Shown: positions 1 through 12,705, counted from the first letter of the whole stretch. The stretch is DNA of 62,693 nt, filler included, from Globobulimina sp. (GCA_003354225.1; 24 parts of 24 records of this genome joined end to end with filler, not necessarily neighbours in it); one strand, 5' to 3'. Notes: generated by a model from the sequence alone, not told the origin. Program-made: numbers and translations.

Positions 1-1443
1 TTAAAAAAAGAAGAGAAAAAGCGTCGTGATCAAAAAACTGCAACCACCACAAAGAGAAAAAATGTCAAAAGAAGAGAAAAAAAGAAGCAACCATCACAAA
101 CTTCATCCAAATCATCACAAACACCATCATTTATAATACCCTATAAATTTCCCGCTAAATTTTCAAAAAGTCTAAAAAAAATAAACAATCCCTCATTTTA
201 TAAAAATAATCCAGCAGTGATTGAAGAATTTGTGTCCATTCCACCTGACCTCACTTGGAAACAATCAGTGCGTCAATATAGCAACAGATATGAAGAGGGG
301 TTAACCATTACATTCCAAGGCAGCGCAAAGAGAATTAATAGCAAAGAGTTATTTTCTTCGCAACAACCAACAAACAAACAGTTATTGGCTGAATTTTCAA
401 AATCAAAAAAGATTTATAACCGCTGCATGCGTAAATTATTGAAACCATATTTACAAATTAATTCCATTATAGATATGATTCTGACCTATAACGGTCCTCA
501 TTTACTACCAATACGATATTCTGTAGATTTATTACCTTACTTTTATTCCACAATTCGTTCGCCCAAATCCCGAGAGAATATTTGGAGCAAAGCTGTGAAA
601 GATGATTATAGCTCAAAATGTGTGTTGGATTTTACGCCAGCCACAGATATCATAGTTGTAGAAGATATTTATGATGAATGGGTCACTTATATTAGAACTA
701 CATTTTCGTTGCGCTCTCAATTTCAAGAAACAGCAATATTTTATATTCCATACAACAAAGGTTTCATGGCAGTGCCAGCTGGAAATTATTTATCCAATGC
801 AGTTCAAGCAAAGCAAATATTCACTAAATTGTACATTAACGCTTTATGCAGCTTTGCTAATTGCGAGGAATATGCGTTTAGGTTGGATTTGTATGGAATA
901 AATTATTATTATGAGCTACAAAAACGACGTAGTCCCAGTCCGATCGATTGGGGCTCACGTTCGCGTTGTTGGGATGGCGAAGGTATGGTATTACTGAGTG
1001 ATGGAACGGAGAAACCAATCAAACATTTATCGGTTGGAGATGAGGTCGCAGTGTTGGATACATTGCCAAATGGAGTAAGTACTGGATGTAAAACAGGAAA
1101 GGTGACAGTTAAAATTGAGAGCGTTGTGAATCGTACATATGATATGGTTTCAGTTGGTGGCAAGTTATGGATCACTCCCTATCATGCTGTGTTAAATGGG
1201 ACATTGAGTGAATGGCAATTTCCGTGCCAAGTGGCTGAGATTGAAGAGAGATTTGAGGAAAGTATTTTTAATTTTATATTGGATGGAGGTGCCGTGTTAT
1301 GTGTGAATGGAGTTTGGGGCTGTACTTTAGGTCATGATTTGCGTGGCGATGTTATTGAAAATCCGATGTGGGGCAGTTCTCAGGTTATGCATGATATGTG
1401 GAGCAAAGTAAATGGTTATCCGAATATTGTTGAATATATCTAA
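1..1443 (+). CDS. Protein with C-terminal Vint-type Hint (intein-like autoprocessing) domain, 5'-partial
   Basis: Frame is open from base 1. Hint block A CWDGEGMVLLSDGTEKPIKHLSVGDEV (Cys at 967), block B LWITPYH, and Vint-like tail FNFILDGGAVLCVNGVWGCTLGH...NPMWGS. Confidence 0.8.
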   Translation, partial: LKKEEKKRRDQKTATTTKRKNVKRREKKKQPSQTSSKSSQTPSFIIPYKFPAKFSKSLKKINNPSFYKNNPAVIEEFVSIPPDLTWKQSVRQYSNRYEEGLTITFQGSAKRINSKELFSSQQPTNKQLLAEFSKSKKIYNRCMRKLLKPYLQINSIIDMILTYNGPHLLPIRYSVDLLPYFYSTIRSPKSRENIWSKAVKDDYSSKCVLDFTPATDIIVVEDIYDEWVTYIRTTFSLRSQFQETAIFYIPYNKGFMAVPAGNYLSNAVQAKQIFTKLYINALCSFANCEEYAFRLDLYGINYYYELQKRRSPSPIDWGSRSRCWDGEGMVLLSDGTEKPIKHLSVGDEVAVLDTLPNGVSTGCKTGKVTVKIESVVNRTYDMVSVGGKLWITPYHAVLNGTLSEWQFPCQVAEIEERFEESIFNFILDGGAVLCVNGVWGCTLGHDLRGDVIENPMWGSSQVMHDMWSKVNGYPNIVEYI

Positions 1444-2518
1444 TAATTGGATTTTTTTTGCTTTAATAGTAATATTTTTTGTTGCGATTTATTTTCGAAT
1501 TCTTTATGAATTTACGTTTATATTTTTCTGTTTGTTTATCGTTCATTGTGTGAGTATTATTGATTTTGTTGCTTTAATTTTACTCTATTTTTGTGCAAGG
1601 ATAACACAGTGCAGTTCGTCAAAAACATTAGTTTCCACCTAATTCAATGCAAAAAATGCCGAGGAATCCAAATATTAACACTAGCTTGAAATTCAGTATT
1701 TGCTTAGTTCTAAAAAATTAGGCCAAAGACGTTTGTGGTTTGTCTGATCGTTAAACACCAGATATAAATGCGATTAAATCCGACAAGAAAACATAATTTG
1801 GACAAATATTATAAATCGCATTTATTGAAAGCAATTATTGAAACATTAATAATATCCTAATTTGATGACAGTCAAAGGTAAACATTATATAGGTTTGCGT
1901 TTGTTTTTAAGAAACAAATATAATCTGACGCTATATGGCTATACCTCTTTTACTGTCCAACTTTTCTCTGCAGAAAGTATCAATTAGAAACATTTAAAAC
2001 AACTATTTTCAAATAACAGCAGTGTCATGCTTTATATGTGCAATTGGCTGCATAATAAGTGATCTCGTTCATGTGATGATTATTTTAAATCATGTAGAAC
2101 ATCTGCGAATGTGTTTGCATTTCAATCATACATACTTTATGATTTGGTCATGTTGGGTCGGTTGCATTATTCATTTTACACAACACTTGTGATGTAATGT
2201 ATTTGATATTATTAATAACTGAGTGGAGTATATTAGTAACACATCAAAGAAGATATATTGTTGTTATTTATCATATTTGAATTATTAAAGTGTCAATGTC
2301 CATGAAATGTCATACTCAATATAGATATATTTTATACATTCCAAAATGACCAGAAATATTTATTTATTGATTGTTCATAATATATTTAACATTACCATTA
2401 TTGATTGGATATAATAATAGTGGGTGATAATAATTTTTTGTCACATATTCTATGTTTTGGTGTGCAATAGATAAACAAATTTTTTCAAATATATGAATTT
2501 TTATTAATTTCAAGTACA

Positions 2519-2618
2519 NNNNNNNNNNNNNNNNNNNNNNNNNNNNNNNNNNNNNNNNNNNNTTAATTAATTAANNNNNNNNNNNNNNNNNNNNNNNNNN
2601 NNNNNNNNNNNNNNNNNN
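2519..2618. other. Artificial contig spacer (first of 23 identical N44-TTAATTAATTAA-N44 linkers)
   Basis: The same 100-nt linker with stops in all six frames recurs about every 2.6 kb. Intervening contigs shrink monotonically from 2518 to 2514 bp. Confidence 0.98.
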
Positions 2619-2620
2619 TT

Positions 2621-3259
2621 GATTTTGAAACTCATATGTTCAATGAACATGGCATAAGAAAAGCATTTAAATGCAATCAATGCGATAAAAGTTATGGTTT
2701 AAAAGCCGATGTTGTAAAACATATTAAAAGGAAACATCTGAATCAAGTAAATTATAAATGCGATGTCTGCGGTAAACAGTTTTATGACAAAGCAAAGCGG
2801 AAAAGACATTGTCTAATTCATAAAAAAGAGCGATCATTCAAATGTTCATTATGTAATAAAGCATTTAAACAAAAAGAAACTTTACATAATCATATTAAAT
2901 TTACGCATAGTGATAAGAAACCATATCATTGCAATCAATGTGATTCATCATTTAAAACAAATAGTCATTTAACACAACATATTCGTTCCGTTCATAATAA
3001 AGAGAAAAGATTTGAATGTGATGTGTGTCACAAACAATTTTATGGTAAAAGTCATTGGAGAAGACATTGTCGAATACATACAGGGGAAAAACCATTTAAA
3101 TGTGATATTTGTGAGAGAGCATTCAGTGACAAAAGTAGTCTTTCCAGTCATAAAGCAACGCACAAAGGAGAGAACCAACACAAATGCTCAAGATGTCATA
3201 CAACATTTCAAAACAAAAAACATAAAAAGAAATGTAAAAAAACCAGCTCTTCGGAGTAG
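2621..3259 (+). CDS. Multi-C2H2 zinc finger protein, 5'-partial
   Basis: About 7 tandem CxxC-x12-HxxxH fingers with an HTGEKPFKC linker. Confidence 0.93.
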   Translation, partial: DFETHMFNEHGIRKAFKCNQCDKSYGLKADVVKHIKRKHLNQVNYKCDVCGKQFYDKAKRKRHCLIHKKERSFKCSLCNKAFKQKETLHNHIKFTHSDKKPYHCNQCDSSFKTNSHLTQHIRSVHNKEKRFECDVCHKQFYGKSHWRRHCRIHTGEKPFKCDICERAFSDKSSLSSHKATHKGENQHKCSRCHTTFQNKKHKKKCKKTSSSE

Positions 3260-5236
3260 TTCTATCCTCGCACACAAAGGGAATCTCAAACGAGAAAACT
3301 AAGAACCAGCCACAGCCAGAAAAAAAATATAAATTGAAATGAGAGCGTTTGTAAACCAGCAAAAAAAAGGCAAATTGAATAGAAAAAATATAAAATTCCA
3401 ACATTTTAACGCATCGATAAGAATCAAAGTTTCTTTTGGGATAATTTGGTTTGACGCCGATTCTCATTGTACGCGTTGTAGCCGCCATATCATCAAAAAC
3501 ATCCACAGAGTTCACCGCTTCGTCCACACTCTGCACAGAAATATCATCGCTGTAATTGGTACCATCGGAGATGATGAACGGTGAGTTTCTACACTTTGGG
3601 ATATCACTCACATCGCGTATCGTTTTTGCAATTCGATCGGATTTGCGGGCCTTGATATTAATAAATGTTAAACGCTAAAAATGGTTTAGGAAATACCTTT
3701 TGTGGGCTGCCATGATAAAAGATGAGAAAAACTACTAAACCGAACTGATCCGAACAAACGAAGACAACCAAAACTTCTTAATTTATTTTAATTTAATTTA
3801 GTTTTTACAGCTTATTTTTTTAGGTCATTTTTATAATCTGGATATTTCTTATTTGGCAGGTTGCAATTCCGCTAATTATAATTTTACATCCGGATATTTT
3901 AAAACACAAACATTTAATATGAATTTCTTTTGTTTTGCACATAACCCGAAATGGACCAAATAGCATCAAATGTCCCTCAAATGTCCATACAAAAAGTGAA
4001 CATTTTTGCTATATCCACAACATAGGCAACGTTGGGCCGTAAATAATGCTGGACCTATTTTAGGAGCTGACCAATGGACGTATTGGATCGCGACAGATGG
4101 GTCAACAACGTTGCTTCCTCTATAGCTGCTCACTCTTTGCCTCTTTTTGGTTCCTTCTTTTGTACGTCCTAAATAATCCTCAATGTAAATTTTTCTAATA
4201 ATTTCTATAGGCCATTAAACTTTTGATGATTGAGCATTTCGATGATGTTGATTGCATTCTTGACAATATTAAAGAAAACAAACATTTATCTATTATGAAG
4301 ACAAATAATAGCACATTTGTACAAGGTTTATAGATCAACAGAATTCATTCTCAACGTTGTAAATATTGTTCATGAAACCAAATGAAAGGGTGACAAATGT
4401 GATTGATTGATCTCAATTTTTCTTCATAGACAAACCAACCAGTATTAATCTTTTTGAAATGATTTTGTTCATTATTAAACTGATTCAATGTCTCATATAT
4501 CTCTTCAGGTTTGTCAGTCGTCTGTCATTGTCTGTCATATGGAAAAACGTTAAAGAAATGACGTTCAAAGAGGCAGAATGGCACTGAAAAGAGATACTTA
4601 AAGGATAACTGAAGACATTAATCACAAATATGAATGAGAAAAAATCAGTACAATGAGAAATATGACAAATGTCATCATTTTGATGTTTTAAAAAGTCACT
4701 CTCCACATAGATTCGACACAATAATGAACCTTTGTTTGTCACTGTCATGCTTAAATTAGTTTCATTGTCTCGGATGTATTCGTGATGTAATCCATTTGTA
4801 TCCAATAATGAATAAGTATTTTTTGGCTGATGTGTGTTTGCGCAATAGTGAGATTGAAAGTGATAGTGTCCATGTTGATGGGTGAATCTAGTGATGTAAA
4901 TATTGATACTACAAATAACATTAAACACATCGACTTGGAAATTTACATCGGACAAGGGATAGAGTTGATAATTTAGTCATCTCAAAACAATCAAGTGAAT
5001 TATCAAGACCATAAAATATTTTTTGGCGTAAATTATAATAAAAATATAATGAACTTGTATAAGACAGCTGCTTAGGCATTTTTGCTTTATAAAAATCGTA
5101 AAACTAATCTGTCATCTTAGCTAATCCCCCTTTTTGNNNNNNNNNNNNNNNNNNNNNNNNNNNNNNNNNNNNNNNNNNNNTTAATTAATTAANNNNNNNN
5201 NNNNNNNNNNNNNNNNNNNNNNNNNNNNNNNNNNNN

Positions 5237-7754
5237 GATGGTAGATTACAAGGCATTTTATGTGAATCATTATTATGGCACAAATTTATTCCGTCTTTGA
5301 ATAACAACACAACAAATGGTGGCGATGTAATATCTGGCTATTTCCATATATTTTCAATGGTAATCAATCACCCAAATTATCTGCATAACCCATTGACAAA
5401 CAAAATAAAACAAAATGATATATTCCTATCGTATCCATCACTATTTTCTGATGAAAACGAATTAATGATTGCATATAAGCAATGCTTGAATGATTTAATG
5501 ATACCACTTACTGCGCAAAAAGAGATGTTTGATATTATGTATTCGGTGTTATGTTTAAATCAAATTGAATTTATTTGCAATAATGATTCATCGCACTCAA
5601 TATCTGTAACTATTAGCAAAGCATCACTACCATTTGCAAAACAGATATGTTATTTATTGCAATATGAAGCAAAAGACCTGTTGCAATATCTAATGACACA
5701 AACCATCAATGCACAAAATAAATCTTTCGCCAGGTATGATCTGCCAAGATCTAGAACATTATAAATGAAAAAGTTAGCCAAAAAAAACTTTCACCCACTT
5801 AAAAGACCGCATGTCAGCCTTACCGGAGCATATAAGAAAGTACAGAGATTATGTTGCATATTATATGAGTGCATTATTGGATGGTTATTCGATCACATTG
5901 ACACGTTATGTTTGAATTCTATTGACAGTGAACGAGTCACACATTTTATTTCCATTGTGGACTTTCCTGGGTTTTCAAACAAGCAAAATAGTAATCTTGA
6001 TGTATTTTGTACCAATTTTTGTAATGAAAACCTTCAACAATTATTTAATTCATTAATTTTGCAATCAAATCAAGAATTATATGTTGATGATGGATTGAAT
6101 TGGATTGCAACGCCGATTGCAGATTATTCCAAAGTAATTGATTTGATCGCATCTCCACCAAATGGTATATTTCATATTTTAAACAAATATAACAATGAAA
6201 CAGAAATATTACATAAAATTGCTGAATGTCACCCATTTAAACGTCAACTAATAACAATATCAAATAAAAACACTTCCTTTACAATACATCATTATCACTC
6301 AACTGTCGAATATGATATTAAACATTTTGTATTTAGTAATAATTGCAATGTATTTGGCAACAAAAATGATGATATTCTGCCTTTACTCAATAAAAGTAAT
6401 TTAAATATTCTTAAATATTTTATGGAAAAGGATAAAAACAGCAAAAATAGAGTGAATAAAATACATTTTCAAATCCGAAATTTAATCAAAGTCATCAAAA
6501 CAACAAATATCAGCAACATTTTGTGCATAAATCCAAGTCAAAACAGCACTGATTCGCATTTTTCCAGAGATTATGTATTAGCACAAATTAAAAGTTTATC
6601 CGTTGTGGAAACACTACGAGATTCAATCAATGGATACGCTGCGTACATTGAATCAGAAAAACTATTAAATATTTATAATAATTACATCACAAATGAGATG
6701 AATAATATTCATAAGTTATTATCCGCATTGACTGCAGAACAAAAATGTGCAGCAGTATTAATTTTGTTTGGTATTCATACAAATTGTTATAAATTTGGGT
6801 TAACCAAAGTATTTATAAAACATTCTGCATTGAAAAAATTGCGTAAATTACAGTCATTTGATGCTCCACAATTGAATCCATTGCAAAAAAATATATTAAT
6901 TACTTATGTTCAAACAATCAAAATGCAAAAGTTAACTGGTTTAAGTAAAACGTATTGTCGCTTAAATCATCGTTTACAACATTTCCGCGTGTTTGATGCC
7001 ATAAAAAATGTGTTATTTTTGCAGAAATTTATCGGAAAAGCATTTGAATTGAAACAGAAACATATTGGTTCAATTCCGATATTTCAAAAACATCAAAAAC
7101 ACGCACAAAACAATAATAAAAATACATTAAATTTCGTAAATGATGAGAAAAATATGGATATAAATGTGCATTTAAATAATTTATTTAATAATTGTTGTTA
7201 TTACAATAAAATAAATGAAAATGTTTCTATTTATATAAATCCGTATTCTTTGTCCAATCTTGAAAGTAATAAATATAATAAAGAGTTTCTGCGAAATATG
7301 TTAAATAAAATACAAAGTGATATGATAACAAATAAAGAGCCACAATCACTGATACTTCATGGCAATAATTCATCGGGAAAGACAACAAATTTCTTTTTTA
7401 TTTCAAATCATTTTGTTCTAAATGAAGATAAACGTTTAAGTGATATCTTATGGGCCGCCAATCAAATATTAATATCATTTTGTCATTGTTCATCGGTACA
7501 AAATGTAAACTCATCGCAATATATTGCGGTTCGCAAATTTAGTTTAAATAACCACGGGAAATTAAATGGAATTCAACAAAATGTAAAATTATTATCACCA
7601 TTTTTATGTGAATTAGATTCAAACGGTAATTCAAGAAATTTTCATTTATTTTATTCGATTTGTAAGGTTTTAAAAAATGATGAAAGGTTTTTATTGGAAA
7701 ATCCGTTTGCATTTTCATGTTTAAATTCGAATGTAAATAACAATGATTTTGAAA
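5237..7754 (+). CDS. Divergent myosin-like protein: C-terminal part of one motor domain followed by the N-terminal part of a second; partial at both ends
   Basis: First motor: switch II/relay SIVDFPGFS...FCTNFCNENLQQLFN, FTIHHY, CINP, converter YKFGLTKVFIK. Second motor: IYINPY, QSLILHGNNSSGKT (P-loop), NVNSSQY (switch I), RNFHLFY. A probable intron at about 5734-5806 joins ORFs 5297 and 5765. Confidence 0.8.
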
Positions 7755-7895
7755 NNNNNNNNNNNNNNNNNNNNNNNNNNNNNNNNNNNNNNNNNNNNTT
7801 AATTAATTAANNNNNNNNNNNNNNNNNNNNNNNNNNNNNNNNNNNNNNNNNNNNCATTACTTTCCATTCCAATTTTTAATAAATTATAGCCATAG

Positions 7896-8888
7896 ATATG
7901 GTTTGCCGGAATATCACAAACTGAGACATAAGAAATGTAAGGCATTATTTATTGAATTGTATGGAAATATGTATGGCTCTCCTTTGGATGCCTTGGTTTT
8001 AATACTTTTTTTAGTCATTTGGTTGAGAATGGAAATAATTACCAAAGCGTGCAAAGTAACAAACATAATAATTTCCAATGTTTTGAGAAATCGAGTCTTG
8101 GCGGAGATGATTCTGATTTATATAAAAAAGATGATTTGACATTGATTGAGTGGTTAGGCGATGATCGCAAATATTGTATAAAAACCACACAAGGATTTGC
8201 GGAGAGAGTGAATAAGAATTTAATTCGTGGATTTTGTTCAAATATTTATACGCGATTTATTGGATATGAACATGCGGATTTTTATAATGTTTATGATGCA
8301 TTGTTTGAGAAATCATATAATTTGAATATAAAACATTGGTTAAATGCTATTGATTTTATGATGGAAACAGATTACATTTTGCCGTTTGACCAAGCATTTG
8401 ATCACAAGATATGGCAATATTTGTTACGCGACATATTTACAAAAGAGTTAAATGCAAATTATAATTCTAAATTAATTAAAAGACGGATTTTAGAAAATGA
8501 ATTAAAAAAAGATAGAAACGAGATTTATGATCGAATTCGGTTAAATATAAATGAGCTACAAATACAATATAAAAAAGATGGTACGTATGGAGGAAATAAG
8601 TCGGTTAAAAATTATGATGGATTTCAGTGGAGAAAATCAAGCGGAAAACGAGATTTTGTGATTGGTGGGAAAATTAAAACTATGGATCTGTTGAATGCGT
8701 GGAGTGAGAATGAAAAGGCGTTCATAAATGAAAAGAATATGTTTGATAATGAATTGTATAAACTGTCGCAATGGATCGCAAATGTTGATGTTGCTTTTTA
8801 TGAATCACTGCAGATATGATTTGACGGAATATCACAAACTGAGACATAAGAAATTTAAGGCATTATTTATTAAATTGTATGGAAATAT
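7896..8888 (+). CDS. Hypothetical protein with long internal repeat, partial
   Basis: Exons 7896-7970, 8015-8755 and 8814-8888 join in frame through GT-AG introns 7971-8014 and 8756-8813. The first and last exons are near-identical 75-nt copies. Confidence 0.55.
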
Positions 8889-8938
8889 GTATGACGATTA
8901 ATAATTAAAAAACATAATTATTACATTTTATAGAATTG

Positions 8939-10132
8939 TTACCAACATGAACCAGAACCATCGCATTTTACCCAAAATACATCAACACAGCAACTATGGG
9001 TCATACCAATACAGGAACAGTAATAGTCATGTTGTACACACCCTGCCCAACATAAACAATCTCCGCAGGCCCAAGACCAACACGAACATCCTGGTCCACA
9101 CATTCCAAAACAATCATTTCCGCAGTAACTAAATGGATAACCACAATTTCCTAACAATGATCTACTATTTGTGGCAGAATATTCATTTGATGTATATGTA
9201 ATCACTTGATTCAAGTTTGAGACCTGAAATCCGGCATTTCTGGAAGCAGATACTATGGCGTTTACCTTTTCAACTCTTCTGTGATGTCAACCTATTTAAA
9301 CGTCACAAATAACATATATGCACATAACATATACAGTATACACATATTCAAATAACATTTATACAAATATATAACTATTTAAATATCTCCTTAACACACA
9401 TACCCATTTATCATTTTTGAAGGTTGCACCATCGGTCTCATATTTCCATATCCATTGAGCAAACCGATGCAAATCTTCAATGGCATGGCTGTCTGAACCA
9501 ATATAACCCAAACCACCCAATTTAATGGATAATTCTATATAATGTTCGCATAATAAATTCTCCAAAAAAGCATCCAATAAAATTGTATCTTCTTTGTTTA
9601 ATGCAGCTTTTTTAAATTCGATTACATGAATGCCACTCTTCGAATGATACATTTCAAGAACTAATCTAGAATCATTTAAGTGATTTAATTTAAAGCCAAG
9701 CCAATTATTACCCCCTCCGTTCACGTTGATAAATGAGACAAATTGTACGGTTTCTTCCGCAACAGATTCAAATTCATAATCAATATCATCCACAACAAAT
9801 TGACCTGCAATCGATGAATTGGTGTTGGTCGACAGACCGACCGTTGTATTTGGTAATAAATAATTTTGAATATCCATATTATCTGTAACTAAACCAGGAG
9901 ACGTTTCTGCATCGGTGTTTGTTGAAAAAGAACCAAAATAAGCAAGTAATAATACGGTAGCGATAACAGAAATAAATAACATAATAATACCAATTACACA
10001 GAGCCTGATCATTTTATTACGATTTGTTGTTTTTGTAATAACGCGAACCTTATACAGGGTCTCATCGTCATCTTCTTCTTCAGCTATTGCTTGGGTTTCG
10101 ATTTCTTTTTTTGTGGGAGCAGTGTTTGCCAT
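8939..10132 (-). CDS. Type II membrane protein with Cys-rich C-terminal domain (CFGMCGPGC...GCVQHDYYC)
   Basis: N-terminal TM helix in ORF 9359-10132; GT donor at 9403; Cys-rich terminal exon 8939-9214. Exact splice junctions are uncertain. Confidence 0.6.
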
Positions 10133-10189
10133 TCTTAAAGAGAACAGAAGTAAGAAGAAAGAGTTGATGTAAGTTGTTGATAAAAATTA

Positions 10190-10372
10190 GTGGAAAAACT
10201 GCTCGTCACGATTGGCAATTTTGTAGCAAGCAAAGAGTCAAAGGACTTTCGGGCATTCATTGCTCATTATTCGTTGGACCAAATCGAAGCCAAACTAGTC
10301 GAGGAAGGAATTACCATCAAGTTCTTGTTAGATACATCAGCGACACAACTCGATACAATCGCTGCGTCATTG
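10190..10372 (+). CDS. SAM-like domain fragment, 3'-partial
   Basis: FRAFIAHYSLDQIEAKLVEEGITIKFLLDTSATQLDTI fits the SAM helical pattern. Confidence 0.4.
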
Positions 10373-10472
10373 NNNNNNNNNNNNNNNNNNNNNNNNNNNN
10401 NNNNNNNNNNNNNNNNTTAATTAATTAANNNNNNNNNNNNNNNNNNNNNNNNNNNNNNNNNNNNNNNNNNNN

Positions 10473-10965
10473 TATGAATAACAGCTGGCCAATCGGGATA
10501 CCATTTCATTGTTTGCATTTTTGGCGAAGTAAATTCAATAATCATCGCATTATCCACATTGATCCAGGCCTGGACTGTAAGTGCAATGGCTGCGACGATT
10601 AAGAAATATTTTAACAAGAATGGAGCTATTTTATTCACATAAAACGTATTTGGTAAATGTTTGATATCAATTATGCCGTTGTCCATTATTTTTCGAGTAA
10701 ATACGTAATTTACCACAATTAATGCAATCCCGGCAAGGGTGAGTCCATACGCAAATACGTTGCTTTCTGGTTGATTAACGCCGGTGAATGATATCCAAGG
10801 TGTTATTATCCAGTCCGGAAAACGATTGTAAGAAAACGCAGTTTCGTAGCATATTTTCAGCGTGATATATGCCACAATTGTCGGCAGTAAACATATTAAA
10901 TATACCATATAAATGTTATAAAAGACAACTGCATCTGCAAGTTGAGAGATATAGCTTGTTAACAT
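10473..10965 (-). CDS. Frag1/DRAM/Sfk1 (TMEM150-like) membrane protein, 3'-partial
   Basis: TM helices plus PWISFTGVNQPESNVF, matching the family PYISDTG..PPES..F motif. Confidence 0.7.
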
Positions 10966-11107
10966 TATTGATGTTGAGTTAATGCGTTTTTTTCAAAAAA
11001 ACTTACCATCAATACACCACATCATGGCAACCAAACTCTACCTATATGTATGCTTTTTAGTGCTTTTTTAGAATCTGTTTATATCGACCTTCGCAATATT
11101 TACTCAC

Positions 11108-12705
11108 ATGAACAAATATCACTTTCAGGATGAACGTTTTCTATGGAGAACTGGCTCATTATGTTCAGTTTATTCACGATCAAATAAAAAATGGTGTCGT
11201 GCAATAATCAACAACATTTTTATGGATAGAAACACAAATAAAGAATGGTTTCTCGTTAAATATAACAATAAACGCAAAACTATACAGAGATTGTGTGCCG
11301 ATATAAAGCCAATCACTAAAAACACGAATGACTACAATAGCGTTTGGTTTGTTGGCAATAACAAATACCATGAATCTGGACAAGCATTCAAGAGCAATAC
11401 TAATAACACTGACAACGAAGATGATTATATCCATTCATTGACGCTATGTGAATGGTCATTAAATATCAAGAATGTGATAGCCATAAATGGTGGATTAGGC
11501 TTTAATATTTATACAGTCTCAACGGAATACGATGAACTAATTGTTTTTGGATATATTAAATTATACTTACGGACCATAACAAAGCCCATACCAAACGATA
11601 TAACACTAACCATATTAAATTATTTTGGCAATAATTACAATCAGTACTGGTCTGTGGGTATCAACGATTTTGGGCAATGTTCAGTGGGGCATAGCAACAA
11701 CATTCGCATTATAACACCGATACAAACCATTCAGTCCATCCACTTGGCCAATATCCACAAACTATCCATGGGAGTGACCGCAAGAAATGTGCTCTGGATC
11801 AAGAATAATGGCAGCATTTATATCAATGGCCGCAACCTACAGAAACATATAAATGGTATGGAAATAACATTGCCTATTCCATGTATCATGGACCGCTCAT
11901 TACGATATATCGAGGCCAGTGCCTCTCACTTCCATTGCATGGTATTATGCAACGATGGCTCTGTGTGGTCATTAGGCAGAGGCACTTACGGAGAATTGGG
12001 GCATGGCCGACATCCGAAATTATTTTCAGAGTTTTTCGGCAAAATAAAGTCTTTGCAACAATATAATATCATAAGGTTCATATATCATATATGTATATTT
12101 TGAGCAATACATTCATGTTTTTGTTGTGTTGTGTTTTACGCAGTATCTCGGCAGGCAATTATTTCTCATTATTCTTGTCTGATGATGGTAATGTATGGAG
12201 TTGTGGTACCAATACAAGCGCTCAGTTAGGATTAGGATATTCTGATCAGGACAGGAATAGATTTCCCACCAAAATCGACTATTTTGAAAGGACAAATATC
12301 AAAATAAATGCTATTCAATGTGGTGAGAGCCATTCCATTGCATTGGATAATAAATGCAATGTGTATTGTTGGGGTAAGAATAATGTGGGACAGTGTGCCA
12401 TAAATATATCCATCGAGGATGTGGTCAGTGTGCCGACAATGATCCGATATTTGTCCAAATGTAATAAGGAAGTGATAGATATTCGGACAGGCAATAACCA
12501 CAATGGCTGTATGACAGAGAGTGATGAATGGTATCTATGGGGATGCAATAATCACAATGAATGTTGTACTGCTGCGGAGAAGGCAACGCAGCAAATGATA
12601 TTTCAACCAAATTGTATTAATCCATATGTTTATAATAAAACAAATGGGAAACGAATTATTGATATTTCGTTGGGATTATGTAATACAATGCTAATTTGTC
12701 GATAA
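11108..12705 (+). CDS. RCC1-repeat protein with N-terminal Tudor/SH3-like module
   Basis: Repeats GSVWSLGRGTYGELG, ISAGNYFSLFLSDDGNVWSCGTNTSAQLG and IQCGESHSIAL...WGKNNVGQC. Intron 12076-12143 joins the two ORFs in frame. Confidence 0.88.

Noticed and set aside
1640-2518. Possible decayed coding sequence on the minus strand
   Set aside because: Only short stop-interrupted frames with no recognisable motif.
3339-4955. ORFs 3123-3611, 3339-3584 and 4485-4955
   Set aside because: No motif and no consistent exon structure that I could support.
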